Below are positions 1-10,720 of a stretch of 64,000 bases of DNA, one piece after another. The notes under the pieces are model-generated. The model did not search any database and was not told the origin of the DNA. It was given only the letters and a program-made list of their open reading frames with translations. Position 1 is the first letter of the stretch. Each line of letters starts with the position of its first letter. Source of the DNA: an uncultured Actinomycetes bacterium (GTDB lineage: Bacteria; Actinomycetota; Thermoleophilia; UBA2241); assembly GCA_963755025.1 (NCBI GenBank), contig CAVWIH010000025.1, positions 1-64,000 on the forward strand. Reading direction: 5' to 3'. The position numbers and the translations under genes were made by a program.

Positions 1-100
1 CACGGGGGAGAAGGCCACGGGTCACCGGCCAGGTGCAGGGCGCCATACCCGCCGCAAGCTCAGTAGGTGCCCGTCGTCTTGTTCTTCTCTTGATATCTAA

Positions 101-595
101 CTCGACGCCCTGCTGGGCGCCTTTGCCGCCGGCATGATCGTACGCTTGGCCAGCGGCGGCGGCGAGGCCGAGACGGTGGCTGTGCGGCTGCACACGATCG
201 GCTATGGCGTCTTCATTCCGGTCTTCTTCGTGGCCACGGGCTTGAGCTTCGACCTGGGTGCGATTGGCCGCGACCCCTGGATCCTGCTCGCCATCCCGGT
301 GCTCCTGCTTGCCATGCTCGTGGTCAGGGGCCTGCCGGTGCTCCTGTATCGGGGCCGGCTCAGCGCTCTGGAGCGGCGCGCCCTGGTGTTCTTCTCGGCC
401 ACCGACCTGCCGATGATCGTTGTCATCACCGCGATTGGGCTGCAGGAGGGGCAGATGCGAGCGCGCACCGCCGTTGCCCTGGTCGCCGCCGGCATGGTCT
501 CAGTCTTCGTCTACCCGATCCTTGGGCTCGGATTCCTGCGCCGGTCGCGGGAGGCGGCACTTGGGGAGGGCCAGGATGCGAGTTTCGGCGGCTGA
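101..595 (+). pseudogene. Cation:proton antiporter (Kef/CPA2 type), C-terminal fragment only
   Basis: The frame reads LDALLGAFAAGM...GYGVFIPVFFVATGLSFD, typical of CPA2 C-terminal helices. An in-frame TAA at 98-100 and non-coding-looking DNA upstream show the N-terminal half is missing here. Confidence 0.75.
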
Positions 596-660
596 CCAAC
601 TTCGGAAGTCTCTTGCGGGCCATGCCCGGACAGTCGCCCATGCCGATCCCAGCCTCGGGC

Positions 661-2170
661 TCAGGGTCGCAGACGGAGGTCCTTATTGCGGATGAGAACC
701 AGGGCGCAAACGGCTCCGAGGAGGGCCACGACGCCGGTGATGATCAGCAGTTCATTGACCCCAGTGGCGAAGCTTGACCGAATGGCTGCGCCCAGCGTGT
801 CACGCAAGGCAGCCGGGGTCGCATCGAATAGGTGAGCGGTGTCGCCGTGGCGGACCGCCGCGGCGATCTGGGGGCCACGACCGCGTAGCGTCGGGGTCGC
901 GATGAGGGCGTGGTCGAGATGCCGCGGCAACGAGGTGGCAAAGACCGACCCCAGCCCTGCGATGGCCGTGGCGACGCCGATCTGACGGAAGGTCGAGTTG
1001 ACACCCGAGGCCATGCCCGCGCGCTCGGGCGCAACGACGCCGACGGCGGTCGAGGCAAGCGGCGGATTGACCATGCCGGCGCCGATGCCGGCGACCACGA
1101 ACCCGCCGATCAGGTGCCGCCACGAGCTGGAGCCGTCGAGACCGGACATGAGCAGGAGCCCGAGACCCACGAGACCAAGACCGGGACCGATGAGCCACTT
1201 CATGGGCACGCGGCTGCTGGCCCGCCCTGCGGCGGTCGAGGCGATGAGCAGGGCGCCTGTGACCAGCAGGAGGCGCAGCCCGGTGGCGACTGCGGAGTAG
1301 CCCAGAGCGTCCTGCAGATAGATGACGAGGTAGAGGAACATGGCAAACAGGGAGGCGTTCATGGCAAAGGCGGCGATCAGGCCACCGACGAAAGTCGGGA
1401 TCCTGAAAGAGCTCCAGGTCGAGCATCGGCTGAGCGGAGCAGCGCTCAGCGAAGACGAAGCCCATCAGAAGCAGGCCGCTGCAGATGAGGCAGGCAACGA
1501 CCCCGCCATCGCCCCAGCCGATCTCACTTGCGCGGATGAGCCCGTAGACCAGGCTGACGAGCCCCGCTGTCAAAAGTGCGAAACCCAGCCAGTCCGGCCG
1601 CGGGGCACGCTGGGCGCGGGACTCGTCGACCTTGGCCAAAGTCATGGCGATGACGGCGATACCGATCGGCACGTTGACTAAGAAGATGCCACGCCAGCTG
1701 ATGCCGCTGGTGATCAGGCCACCGAGAATGGGGCCCAGGGCGACGGCGGCGCCGGTGATCGCACCCCACACCCCGAAGGCCACCCCGCGGTCCTTGCCCC
1801 GGAAGCTTTGAGCCAACAGGGCAAGCGAGGTCGCGAAGATGATAGCGCCGCCGACACCCTGCCCGCTGCGCGAAAGGATCAGCATGAGCGGCGACTGGGC
1901 GAGGCCGCAGAGCAGTGAGCCCGCCGTGAAGATCACCAGCCCCAGAGCGAACAGTCGGCGTCTTCCATAGAGGTCGGCCAGAGAGCCCGAGGTAAGCATC
2001 AGCGAGGCGAGGGTCAGAGCGTAGGCATCGATGACCCACTGCAGGTCGCTGAAGCTGGCGTGCAGGCCGGCTTGGATCTCCGGTATCGCGACCACCACGA
2101 TGTTGAGGTCGAGCAGCAGCATGAAGGTTCCGCCACAGACGGCCAGCAGAGTCCACCATTTCTTGTCCAT
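661..2170 (-). CDS. DHA2-family (14-TMS) MFS efflux transporter, one frameshift near 1405
   Basis: MDKKWWTLLAVCGGTFMLLLD...LQWVIDAYAL...GSLADLYGRRR. The C-terminal half is ORF 661-1362. Removing one T from CTCTTTCAGG restores LELFRIPTF. Confidence 0.9.
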
Positions 2171-2295
2171 CAGACTCCTCGCAACGGGTCGGGGCGGGCA
2201 GTGACGTGCTACGAGGGATGGTGACCGCAATCTGGGGTGCACTCCACAGATACGGCAAGGCTTGACGAATCTCGACAGTCAGCTACTGTGGGGAC

Positions 2296-3285
2296 ATGAA
2301 AGGCGAGATTATCGGGCAGTTCGAGCGGCAGATGATTCACGCCTTGGTGATCGACCCACGGGCCCCGTTTCGCACCCTGGCCGCAGCGCTCGGGGTCTCG
2401 GACCAGACCGTGACTCGGCGTTTTCGTCGCCTTCAGGAATCAGCCGGCCTGCGCGTTCTGGCACAGGTCGACAGTGAGCGGGTGGGTTGGGTCGACTGGC
2501 TTGTGCGTCTCACCTGTCCGCCGGATGCCGCGGCCAGCGTGGCTGCGGCCTTGGCCAAGCGGCCGGATACCGGCTGGGTTCGGCTGACTTCAGGGGGCAC
2601 CGAAATCGTCTGCGTGGTGCAGGCCCGCAGCGCCGGCCAGCGCGACACTTTGCTCCTCGACCGCCTCCCGGGAAGCCGTCGCGTGGTGCAGATCAGTGCA
2701 CACTCGATGCTGCACACCTTCAGCCCGTCGGCGTGGATCGCTCTCACCGCTGCGCTCGGCGACGACCAACTGGCCAAGCTTCGCCCGATCGCGGGTCCTT
2801 CAGGCGACGACCGAACCGTCGTGCTTGACCGCAGCGACGAGCGCCTGATCGAGTGTTTGGCCCACGATGGGCGAGCATCGAACGCGACTCTGGCTGCGGC
2901 CATCGGTTGGCATGAGTCGACCGTGCGACGGCGCATCGAGGAGCTGCGCCGCAGCGGCGCGCTGTACTTCGATATCGACTTCGATGAACAGGTTGCTGGG
3001 CTGGTGCCGTCGGCCCTGCTGTGGGTCTCGGTCGAGCCGGCACGGCTTGCCGGTGTCGGCCAAGCCATCGCCACTCACCCCGAGGTCCCCTTCGTTGCCG
3101 CCACCACCGGTCCCACGAACCTCGTTGTCAGTGTGGTCACCAGCGACACCCGCCATCTCTACGAGTACCTGACCGGTCCCCTGGCGGCCCTGTCCGGAGT
3201 GCGTGCCGTTGAGGTGGCGCCAATCATCCGCACCATCAAGAAACGGGCTGGCTCGCAAGGCACCGAGCTACTTGGGACTGCCTAA
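2296..3285 (+). CDS. Lrp/AsnC-family regulator with tandem duplicated HTH-AsnC units
   Basis: Two HTH segments ([23 protein letters not shown] and [23 protein letters not shown]), each followed by an AsnC ligand domain. Divergent from the MFS gene. Confidence 0.9.
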   Translation: MKGEIIGQFERQMIHALVIDPRAPFRTLAAALGVSDQTVTRRFRRLQESAGLRVLAQVDSERVGWVDWLVRLTCPPDAAASVAAALAKRPDTGWVRLTSGGTEIVCVVQARSAGQRDTLLLDRLPGSRRVVQISAHSMLHTFSPSAWIALTAALGDDQLAKLRPIAGPSGDDRTVVLDRSDERLIECLAHDGRASNATLAAAIGWHESTVRRRIEELRRSGALYFDIDFDEQVAGLVPSALLWVSVEPARLAGVGQAIATHPEVPFVAATTGPTNLVVSVVTSDTRHLYEYLTGPLAALSGVRAVEVAPIIRTIKKRAGSQGTELLGTA

Positions 3286-3665
3286 ACCCCAGAACGGTCG
3301 TCTGTGATCGCATGCGCGCTGCTCACGATGTAGTCGGGCGCTGCGCCGAGCTTGCGCATCTCCCGGCCCTGCGTCTCGCGGTCCATCGCGGCGAGGCGGA
3401 CGCGCACCGAGTCGTAGCGCCCTGATTCGTCGATCTCCTGGGCGATGCCCAGCTCGCGCATGGTCTCCGACAGCCCGCTGTGCACCTCAGCGCCCTCTGG
3501 TATCGCGGCCAGCACGAGAGACCGGGCGTGCGACGCGCTGTCGGCCATCTCGACTGCGAAGCCGCGTGCCCTGAGCGCTCCGGCGGTGCGCTCGAGCCGC
3601 GAGCGGTCCGCCGGCCGCTCGAAGATCGGGTCCGGCGCGCCGGGGTCGGGAAGGACGATGGTCAC
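3282..3665 (-). pseudogene. LUD-domain protein, C-terminally truncated paralog of 4730-5371
   Basis: Aligns by eye to the N-terminal part of 4730-5371 ([14 protein letters not shown]...SGRYDSVR...[17 protein letters not shown]) and then stops prematurely. Confidence 0.75.
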
Positions 3666-3728
3666 GTCGGCTCTTTGTTGTGCGGGCAAGACCGCACAGC
3701 TGATTGGTGGTGAGTCCCGAACTCGAAG

Positions 3729-3974
3729 CCGAGTTCCGAGCAGCCTCTGAGAGATGGCGAGGGAACGGATGGCGTCGTCGGTGACGGCACCGCCGGCGTT
3801 GCGGATGATGTGTGCTTCGCCCTCTTGAAGGCCGAGGATGCCGTAGGGGTTCAGGCGCGCATCCATGCAGGCGACTACGGCGACGTGGCGGCCGGGAGGC
3901 ATCGCCAGGTCACCCTTGTCGAAGTTCGACGCATAGCGCTCGTCGGCACGCAGAAACTCATCGATGACACTCAC
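3729..3974 (-). pseudogene. Beta-class carbonic anhydrase, N-terminal fragment
   Basis: RBS AAGGAGG plus GTG start. Contains VVACMDAR and HIIRNAGG. Similarity ends at SQRLLGTR, just before the HxxC zinc ligands. Confidence 0.8.
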
Positions 3975-4054
3975 GATGACCTCCTTCATGGTGGGGCTTC
4001 AAGTTGATGCAGCCACACCCACAGCCACACGAGGTGACAGAACCTTCGGGTCCA

Positions 4055-4627
4055 TCAAGGCCCTGATGTGCCTTCATGCGATCGTTGTGCTGGCGAATCG
4101 GCCTCGGCAGTCAGGACCTTATCCAGCCCGCGTCGCATAGCCGCGATCTCCTGCATCCCGAGATGGCAGCCGAGGTGCGCCACCGCGGCGGCCGCCAAGA
4201 GCGGTCCGGCCTCATCGAAGGCATCCCGGCCCTGTTGCGTCAGTGTCGCGTAAACGACGCGACGGTCGTGACTGCACGAAGCGCGCTCCACCAGTCCGCG
4301 CTGCTCAAGCCTGTCGATCAGCCTGGTGACACCGGCGTTGCTGAGCAGTAGCGAGCGGCCGATTTCGACCATGCGCAGTCTCTCCTGTGGCGCTCGAAGG
4401 AGCCGCATGAGCAGCTCGACTTCCTCAGGCGTTATGCCTGTGCTGCCAATCAGATCCTCGCTCACGCGAGCCTGAACGGTGCTGGTGACACGCAGCAGAT
4501 CGCTCCACAGCTCAAGGGCCTGGCGCTCCTGCTCGCTGAAGTCCGGCTGCGCTCGACAAGACTGTTCTGGCGACTCGCCGCCAGGCACGGTGGCCGCTTT
4601 AGTACTCGACTCGGTTCCGTCTCTCAT
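4055..4627 (-). CDS. MarR-family transcriptional regulator
   Basis: LRMVEIGRSLLLSNAGVTRLIDRLEQRGLVER...DRRVVYATLT winged-helix motif. Confidence 0.9.
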   Translation of the reverse strand: MRDGTESSTKAATVPGGESPEQSCRAQPDFSEQERQALELWSDLLRVTSTVQARVSEDLIGSTGITPEEVELLMRLLRAPQERLRMVEIGRSLLLSNAGVTRLIDRLEQRGLVERASCSHDRRVVYATLTQQGRDAFDEAGPLLAAAAVAHLGCHLGMQEIAAMRRGLDKVLTAEADSPAQRSHEGTSGP

Positions 4628-4729
4628 GGTCAGCGATTCTACCCGTTTGCGCCAAACGATTATCGGTTAGAACAGTTCCGAGAGAAACGAGTTCATGCGA
4701 TATCATCTCATCTGGAAAGGGGCGAACTC

Positions 4730-5371
4730 ATGAGCCAAGTTCAGACCGAGCCCTTACGACCCAATCCTGAGTTCGCCGCAGTGGCGACCAGGGAGCGACT
4801 TGAGTTGACAGCCGAGGCCCTGCGCGGCCACGGCATGCGCGCCTTGGTGGCGGCTGATCGCAGCGAAGCCAGGCGGCTCGTACTCGAAGAGCTACCCGAC
4901 GGTGCACGGGTCCATCAAGGTGCCTCGGCCACCCTGGATGCCCTCGGCGTCACCGATGAGATCGAACGATCCGGACGCTTCGATGCGGTGCGACCCAAGC
5001 TGTTTGCTTTGGACCGTGAGACTCAGATGGCTGAGATCCGACGTCTTGGGGCGTCGCCCGACTACATGCTGGGCAGTGCCGCCGCTGTCACCGAGGACGG
5101 CTCGCTGGTCGTGGCCTCGGCCAGTGGCAGCCAGCTCGGCCCGCTGGCAAGTGGCGCCGGCCAGGTGATCATCGCCGTCGGTGCCCAAAAGGTTGTACCG
5201 GACCTGGAGGCGGCCCTTCGCAGGGTGCGCGAGTACGCCTACCCGCTCGAAGACGAGCGGGCCCAGAAGGCCTACGGCATCCACAGCGCGATCAACGAGA
5301 TGCTCGTCGTCAGCGGTGACTGGCTGGGGCGGATCACGGTCATCTTGGTCGACGAGGCACTCGGCTTCTGA
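4730..5371 (+). CDS. LUD-domain (lactate utilization C-like) protein
   Basis: PDYMLGSAAAVTEDGSLVVASASGSQL...VIIAVGAQKVV...GRITVILVDEALGF. Confidence 0.85.
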   Translation: MSQVQTEPLRPNPEFAAVATRERLELTAEALRGHGMRALVAADRSEARRLVLEELPDGARVHQGASATLDALGVTDEIERSGRFDAVRPKLFALDRETQMAEIRRLGASPDYMLGSAAAVTEDGSLVVASASGSQLGPLASGAGQVIIAVGAQKVVPDLEAALRRVREYAYPLEDERAQKAYGIHSAINEMLVVSGDWLGRITVILVDEALGF

Positions 5372-5432
5372 GTTGGACACGAGCGGCGATGGGGGCCGTA
5401 GTCGAGGAACGTCATCTGGAGGTGGGGAGTTC

Positions 5433-5943
5433 ATGAGGTTTTCAAGACGGACGTGGACGGGCCGCGCCGCGTTGGTAGTGGGGCTCGTGGCGCTGCCGGT
5501 GGTGGTTGCCGCCTGCGGCAGCAAGTCGAACGCCACCACGACGCCGAGCCCCTCGGTGAGCGCCTCGGTCAGTTCGTCGACGGCGGCGGCGGTCACGAGC
5601 TCCTGGGTCAAGTTCTTCAACGGCACGACCCCGGCCGCGACCAAGGTCACCCTGCTGCAGAACGGCCAGCAGTTCGCGGCCGTGATCACGGCGCAGGCGG
5701 CCTCGCCGCTCGCCAAGGCGACGCAGGCCAAGGTGACGGCGGTGACCGTCACCTCGCCGACCACCGCGACCGTCAAGTACTCGATCGTCGAGGGCGGTCA
5801 GGTGGCGCTGCCCGACCAGAAGGGACAGGCCGTGCTCGCAGGGCGGCGTGTGGAAGGTCTCCGCGCCGAGCTTCCAGGCGCTGCTGAAGCTCGAGCAGGG
5901 GCAGACGTCGGGGTCGCCGTCGCCGTCGCCGTCGGCGTCGTAA
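5433..5943 (+). CDS. Secreted lipoprotein with MTB12-like C-terminal domain, frameshift near 5838
   Basis: Lipobox VAAC followed by an S/T-rich linker, then FFNGTTPAATKVTLLQNG...TATVKYSI. After the frameshift it reads QGGVWKVSAPSFQALL, with TAA at 5941-5943. Confidence 0.7.
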
Positions 5944-5973
5944 CGAAAGGGGGCGGCGCCAGTGGCGCAACCC

Positions 5974-7555
5974 ATGCCGCTGCCTGAGCCCGAGGCGGGC
6001 GGCGGGGCGGCGGCCGCCCAGGGCGGCCGCCGCCCCGCCCTTGCGACCCTCACCGCCGTCCTCTTTCTGACGTTCCTCGACACGACGATCGTCAGCGTCG
6101 CGCTGGCCGACGTGCAGTCGAGCCTGCACGCCGGCGTCGCCCAGCTGCAGTGGGTCGTGAACGGCTACGCCCTGACCTTCGCCGGCCTCATGCTGGGCAT
6201 GGGCATGCTGGGCGACCGCCTGGGACGCAAGCGCGTCATGCTCGGCGGCCTCGCCGTGTTCATCGGCGGGCTCGCTGTTCGGCGCGCTCGCGCCCACCGT
6301 GGGCATGCTGGTGGCGGCCCGCGTGATCATGGGCGTGGGCGCCGCGGCCAGCGAGCCCGGCACCCTGTCGATCATCCGCCACCTCTACCCCGAGCGCGCG
6401 CGGCGCGCCCGGGCGGTCGGTGCATGGGCGGCCGTGGCCGGCCTGGCGCTGGCCATGGGGCCCGTGATCGGCGGCGTGCTGGTGGGCCTCGGCAGCTGGC
6501 GCACCGTGTTCTGGTTCAACCTCGCCGCCGGTCTGCTCGTGCTGCTGGCCGCCCTCGTCACCGTGCCCGAGAGCGTCGACCCGCAGTCGGGGCGCATGGA
6601 CATCGCCGGCTTCGTGCTGGGGCCGGTGGCGCTGGGCGCGGCGATCTTCGCCGTGATCCACGGCGAGACGACCGGCTACCGCGACCCGGTGGTCGCTCAC
6701 CCTCTTCGTGGTGAGCGCCGTGGCGGCCGTGGCGTTCGTGGCGGTCGAGCAGCGCAGCCCCGGCGCCCATCTTCGACCCGTCGTACCTGCTGCGCGCGCC
6801 GTTCACCGGCTCGCTGACGGTCGCCTTCGCGGCCTACTTCGGCATCTTCTCGATCTTCTTCTTCACGGCGCTCTACCTGCAGGTCGTGGTGGGCTACTCG
6901 GCTTACCGCACGGCCGCCCTGTTCGTGCCCATGGCGGTCGCCATGATCGCCGCCTCGGCGCTGACCGGCCGCTGGGTGGCGCGCGCCGGGCCGCGCCTGC
7001 CGACCGTCCTGGGCTGCCTGGCGGCCGGCGCCGGCATGCTGGCCACCGACCTCGCGCTGCGCGGCCACGTCGAGCTACGCGACGCTGGCGCCCAGCCTCG
7101 CCCTGGCCGGCCTGGGCTTCGGCGTGGCCGTCGTGCCGGTCACCTCGGTCGCGCTCGGCGTCGTGCCCCCCGAGCACTCCGGCATGGCCGCCGGCGCCAC
7201 CACGACGAGCCGCGAGCTGGGGTCGGTGGTGGGCGTGGCCGTGCTGGGCTCGCTGGTCAACGGCCACCTGACGGTCGACCTCACCCGGCGGCTCGCCGAG
7301 CTCGGCATACCGGCCGGCTTTCGCACCGTGGTCATCAACGCCGTCGAGACGGGCCAGGTGCCCAAGGGCAGCGGCGGCGCGGCGGCCGCCGAGAAGGCCT
7401 TCGGTCCGATCGTGGCCCACGTGGTCGACGCCGCCTACGGCGCCTTTCGCACGGGGCTGTCGATCTCGCTGGTCGTGGCCGGCGTCGTCATCCTCGTCTC
7501 GGGGCTGGTCGCCTGGGCCACGCTCGGCGGGCGCCGGCCCGAGCTCGAGCGTTAG
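5974..7555 (+). CDS. DHA2-family MFS transporter with several frameshifts
   Basis: FLTFLDTTIVSVAL...LQWVVNGYAL...LGDRLGRKR. It continues through ORF pieces 6299-6817, 6886- and 7124-7555. Confidence 0.85.
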
Positions 7556-7666
7556 GGACGGGCAGGCGCGGCTACGCGCCGGTCCGAGCTCGACGCTGGA
7601 GTCGGTCGGGCGCGACCGGCCGCGGGAGGGCGCGGCGGCGGGAGCGCGCGGCGCGGCCCGCGAGCG

Positions 7667-8374
7667 TCACGCCGCCTTGAGTACCGACTCCGCCTCGAGC
7701 GCCCCGGCCGCCGTCTCGTCGTGCTTGAACACGAGGTAGACGTCGAGGCCCGGGGCAAGGTAGCCGCGCGACCGCGCGGCGATGGCGGCGAGGTCGTCGT
7801 CGGAGTAGACGGGCTTGCGCAAGCGCTCGTAGACAAAGGCAGCCGTGGCCACCTGGGGCACCGTGAATTTCTCCGACTCAGTCACGCACAGCGCCACGCC
7901 CCGCTCGCACAGCAACGCGTAGACCTCGTCGCTCAGCCACGAGTCGTGGCGAAACTCGACCGTGGCGCGCAGCCAGTCGGGCAGCAGCTCGAGAAAGGCG
8001 GCGAGGCGGGGCACGTCGCGGTGCAGGTAGGGCGGCAGCTGGAACAGGACGGGACCGAGCTTGCCGGCCGCGCGCAGCGGCTCGAGAGAGTTGAGAAAGA
8101 AGGCGGTCGGCTCGGCGGCGTCGTGCAGGCGCGCCTTGTGGGTGATGCGCTGGTGCGCCTTGACGGCGAACACGAAGCCGGGCGGCGTGTTCTCGGCCCA
8201 TGCCTCGAGGGTCGAGGCGCGCGGCGTGCGGCGGAAGGTGTAGTTGATCTCGACGCAGTTCAGGCGGCCCGCGTAATGCTCGAGAAAGCGCGACGCCGCC
8301 ACGTCGGCCGGGTAGAAGTCCGGCTTCCAGGCGGGGTAGGCAAACCCCGAGGTGCCTGCATACAAGCTCGCCAT
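7667..8374 (-). CDS. DUF72 (YecE-like) protein
   Basis: GTSGFAYPAW...FYP, VEINYTF, FAVKAHQRITH, LFQLPP, VEFRHDSW. Confidence 0.92.
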   Translation of the reverse strand: MASLYAGTSGFAYPAWKPDFYPADVAASRFLEHYAGRLNCVEINYTFRRTPRASTLEAWAENTPPGFVFAVKAHQRITHKARLHDAAEPTAFFLNSLEPLRAAGKLGPVLFQLPPYLHRDVPRLAAFLELLPDWLRATVEFRHDSWLSDEVYALLCERGVALCVTESEKFTVPQVATAAFVYERLRKPVYSDDDLAAIAARSRGYLAPGLDVYLVFKHDETAAGALEAESVLKAA

Positions 8375-8531
8375 GACGGTTCAGGTACCCGCAAGGCGGC
8401 CGCCGCCATCAGCCACCGCCGTTCGCGGCCGGACGGGGACGAGCGCGGGTGCGGGGCCGAGCGATGCGAGGGGCCGAACGCGGCGAGGGGCGGGACGGCC
8501 GTACGGCCGTCCCGCCCCTCGCGTCCGGTAC

Positions 8532-9044
8532 CTAGGCCTCTTGCTCTGCCTTGTCGTGCTTGCGCGCGCCGAAGGCGTCCTTGAGATCCTTCTCCTGTTC
8601 CGCGGTCAGGTTGGAGCGCACCAGCTTGGCGCCCGTGCCCTGCACGGCGGCGAGGAACTTGTCTTCAGTCATCTGGCTGATGAGCAGGAACCAGCCGGCC
8701 TTGCCCGGCGGCACCGCGTCGCCCATCTCCTGCAGCACCTTGGAATCGATGCCCGTCTTGCCGAGCTTGCCGAACAGGGCGCCCATGCCGGCGCCTATGG
8801 CGAGGCCGAGGAAGGGCACGAAGAACAGCAGGCCGAAGAGCATGCCCCAGAAGGCGCCGCCCATGGCGCCCGCGCCGACCAGGTGGGTGTCGTGCTTGAC
8901 GTGCGGCTTACCGTCGGTGTCGCGCACGACCTCGGCGGCGTCTTGCAGCTGGACGATCATGTCTTTCGACATCTGTCCCAGCGTGAGGCCGAAGGCGTCG
9001 GCCGCGGCCTCGTCTTCGAACCCCAGGACCATAAGCTCACTCAT
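8532..9044 (-). CDS. DUF1269 membrane-associated protein
   Basis: MSELMVLGF...LQDAA...GAFWGMLFGLLFFVPFLGLAIGAGMGAL...LVRSNLT. Confidence 0.88.
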   Translation of the reverse strand: MSELMVLGFEDEAAADAFGLTLGQMSKDMIVQLQDAAEVVRDTDGKPHVKHDTHLVGAGAMGGAFWGMLFGLLFFVPFLGLAIGAGMGALFGKLGKTGIDSKVLQEMGDAVPPGKAGWFLLISQMTEDKFLAAVQGTGAKLVRSNLTAEQEKDLKDAFGARKHDKAEQEA

Positions 9045-9232
9045 ACGCGCTCCTTCTGACGTTGGCCGGGCCTGCGTCTTTTTCGCCGGCGCCGGCAGGC
9101 TCCGGGGCCGGCGTCGGCGGTAACTTATCCATCCGGCCGCAACGCCACACCATCAAGGGCGTGTCTCTCGCGCGCTCTCGCGCACGCGCCCCGGCCCGCG
9201 CCCCTGGCCCGCGCCCCACACCGGCGCCGCCT

Positions 9233-10682
9233 CTAGCCCGCGTCGCCGGACTCGGCCACCGGTGCGGCCTCGAGCGGACGTCCCCCCAGGGTGCGCTTGA
9301 AGTAGAGGTAGGCGACCGGTCCGGCGCACATGGCGATGACGCCGCCGATGCCGTACCAGCCGAAGGTGAAGCCCACGACGGTGAACGAGCTATGGCCGAA
9401 GATCGTCGTGCTGGTGTCGATGGCGTTGGTGTAGAGCGTGACCAGGGCGATGACGACGGCCGGCGCGCAGATCGCCGCCAGGGTCGCCGTGCCGCCCCAT
9501 ATGCGGAAGGGTCGTGCGAGCCCGGGCTCCTTCTGGCGCAGCCGCACCGCGGCCACGAAGATGAGCAGGTAATAGAGCATGTTGAGGAACACGTCGATGA
9601 CGACGAGGTTCTCGAAGGTGCCGATGATGAGCACGAGGTTCAGCCCGGCGAGAAAGAGGATCGAGACCACCGGCGTGCCGTACCTGCGGTGCGCCCTGGT
9701 GAGCGCCTTGGGCAGCAGGTTGTCCTCGGCCATCGCGTAGGCGGGCCGCGAGCCCGAGGTGAGGTAGTCCTGGTAGAGCGCCATGTTGCTGATCACCGCG
9801 ACGCCCAGCATGACGTAGCCCAGCACCGGCCCGCCGAGGGCCTTGGTGATCTCGACGAACGAGATGCCGCCGGTCGTGCGCCCACTCGCTCCAGCGGCCC
9901 ACCCCGGCCAGCCCGGCGAGCGTCGGCAGGACGTAGAGCGCGACGACGATCGGCATGGCGATCATGAGCCCGCGTGGAATGAGCCTGCGCGGGTTGTTCA
10001 CCTCGCCGGCGATGGTCGACATCGAGTCGTAGCCCGAGTACATCCAGACGCCGACGGCGAGGCCCAGGTTGAGGCTGCTGCCGAACGACTGCCCCGTGGG
10101 GCAGGAACGGGCTGCAGCGGCGCGCCGTGCCAGTGGGCGAAGCCCAGCACGATCATCACGAGGAACGGCGCCACGATGACGACCGTGAAGACGACCGAGC
10201 TCAGGGCGATGATGTTGAGGCCGCGGATGTTGGTGTAGGCAAACACGGCGATGAGCGCGGCGCCGATCAGCCAGAGCTCCCAGCCGTTCAACTGCGGCCA
10301 CCAGGTGTGCACGTACCCCTGGACCAGGGCGATGTAGACGGCCGAATCGACCCACTGGCAGGTCCACGACCACCAGCCGCACTGAAAGCCCCAGAACTCG
10401 CCCATGGCGCGCCGCGTCCAGGCGTAGTAGCCGCCCTCCTCGGGCAGCGCCGAGCCGAGCTCGGAGCAGACCAGCGCCATGGGCATGGCCCAGAACACGG
10501 GCAGCGCGAGCAGCATGAGGATCGTGAGGCCGGGCCCCGACGACGACACCATGTCCTCGATGCCGAACGGCCCCGAGGACACGAAGATGAAGATCATCGC
10601 CACCACGGCGAACAGGCGGATGTTGACCGTCCGCAGCTGCTCGGTCGTGCCAGCGGCTCGACGACCGAAGCTGTTCGGTCAT
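9233..10682 (-). CDS. APC-family amino acid/polyamine permease with about three frameshifts
   Basis: FVSSGPFGIE, ELGSALPEEGGYYAW, WMYSGYDSMSTIAGEVNNPRR and RYGTPVVSI are found across frames. Confidence 0.85.
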
Positions 10683-10720
10683 GCGACCCTCCCCCAGAGA
10701 ATCTGGCTCGACCGCCCGAG

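Noticed and set aside
3996-4010. Imperfect palindromes flanking marR (3996-4010 and 4695-4711) as operators
   Set aside because: They are short, carry one mismatch each and do not resemble each other, so the evidence is too weak.
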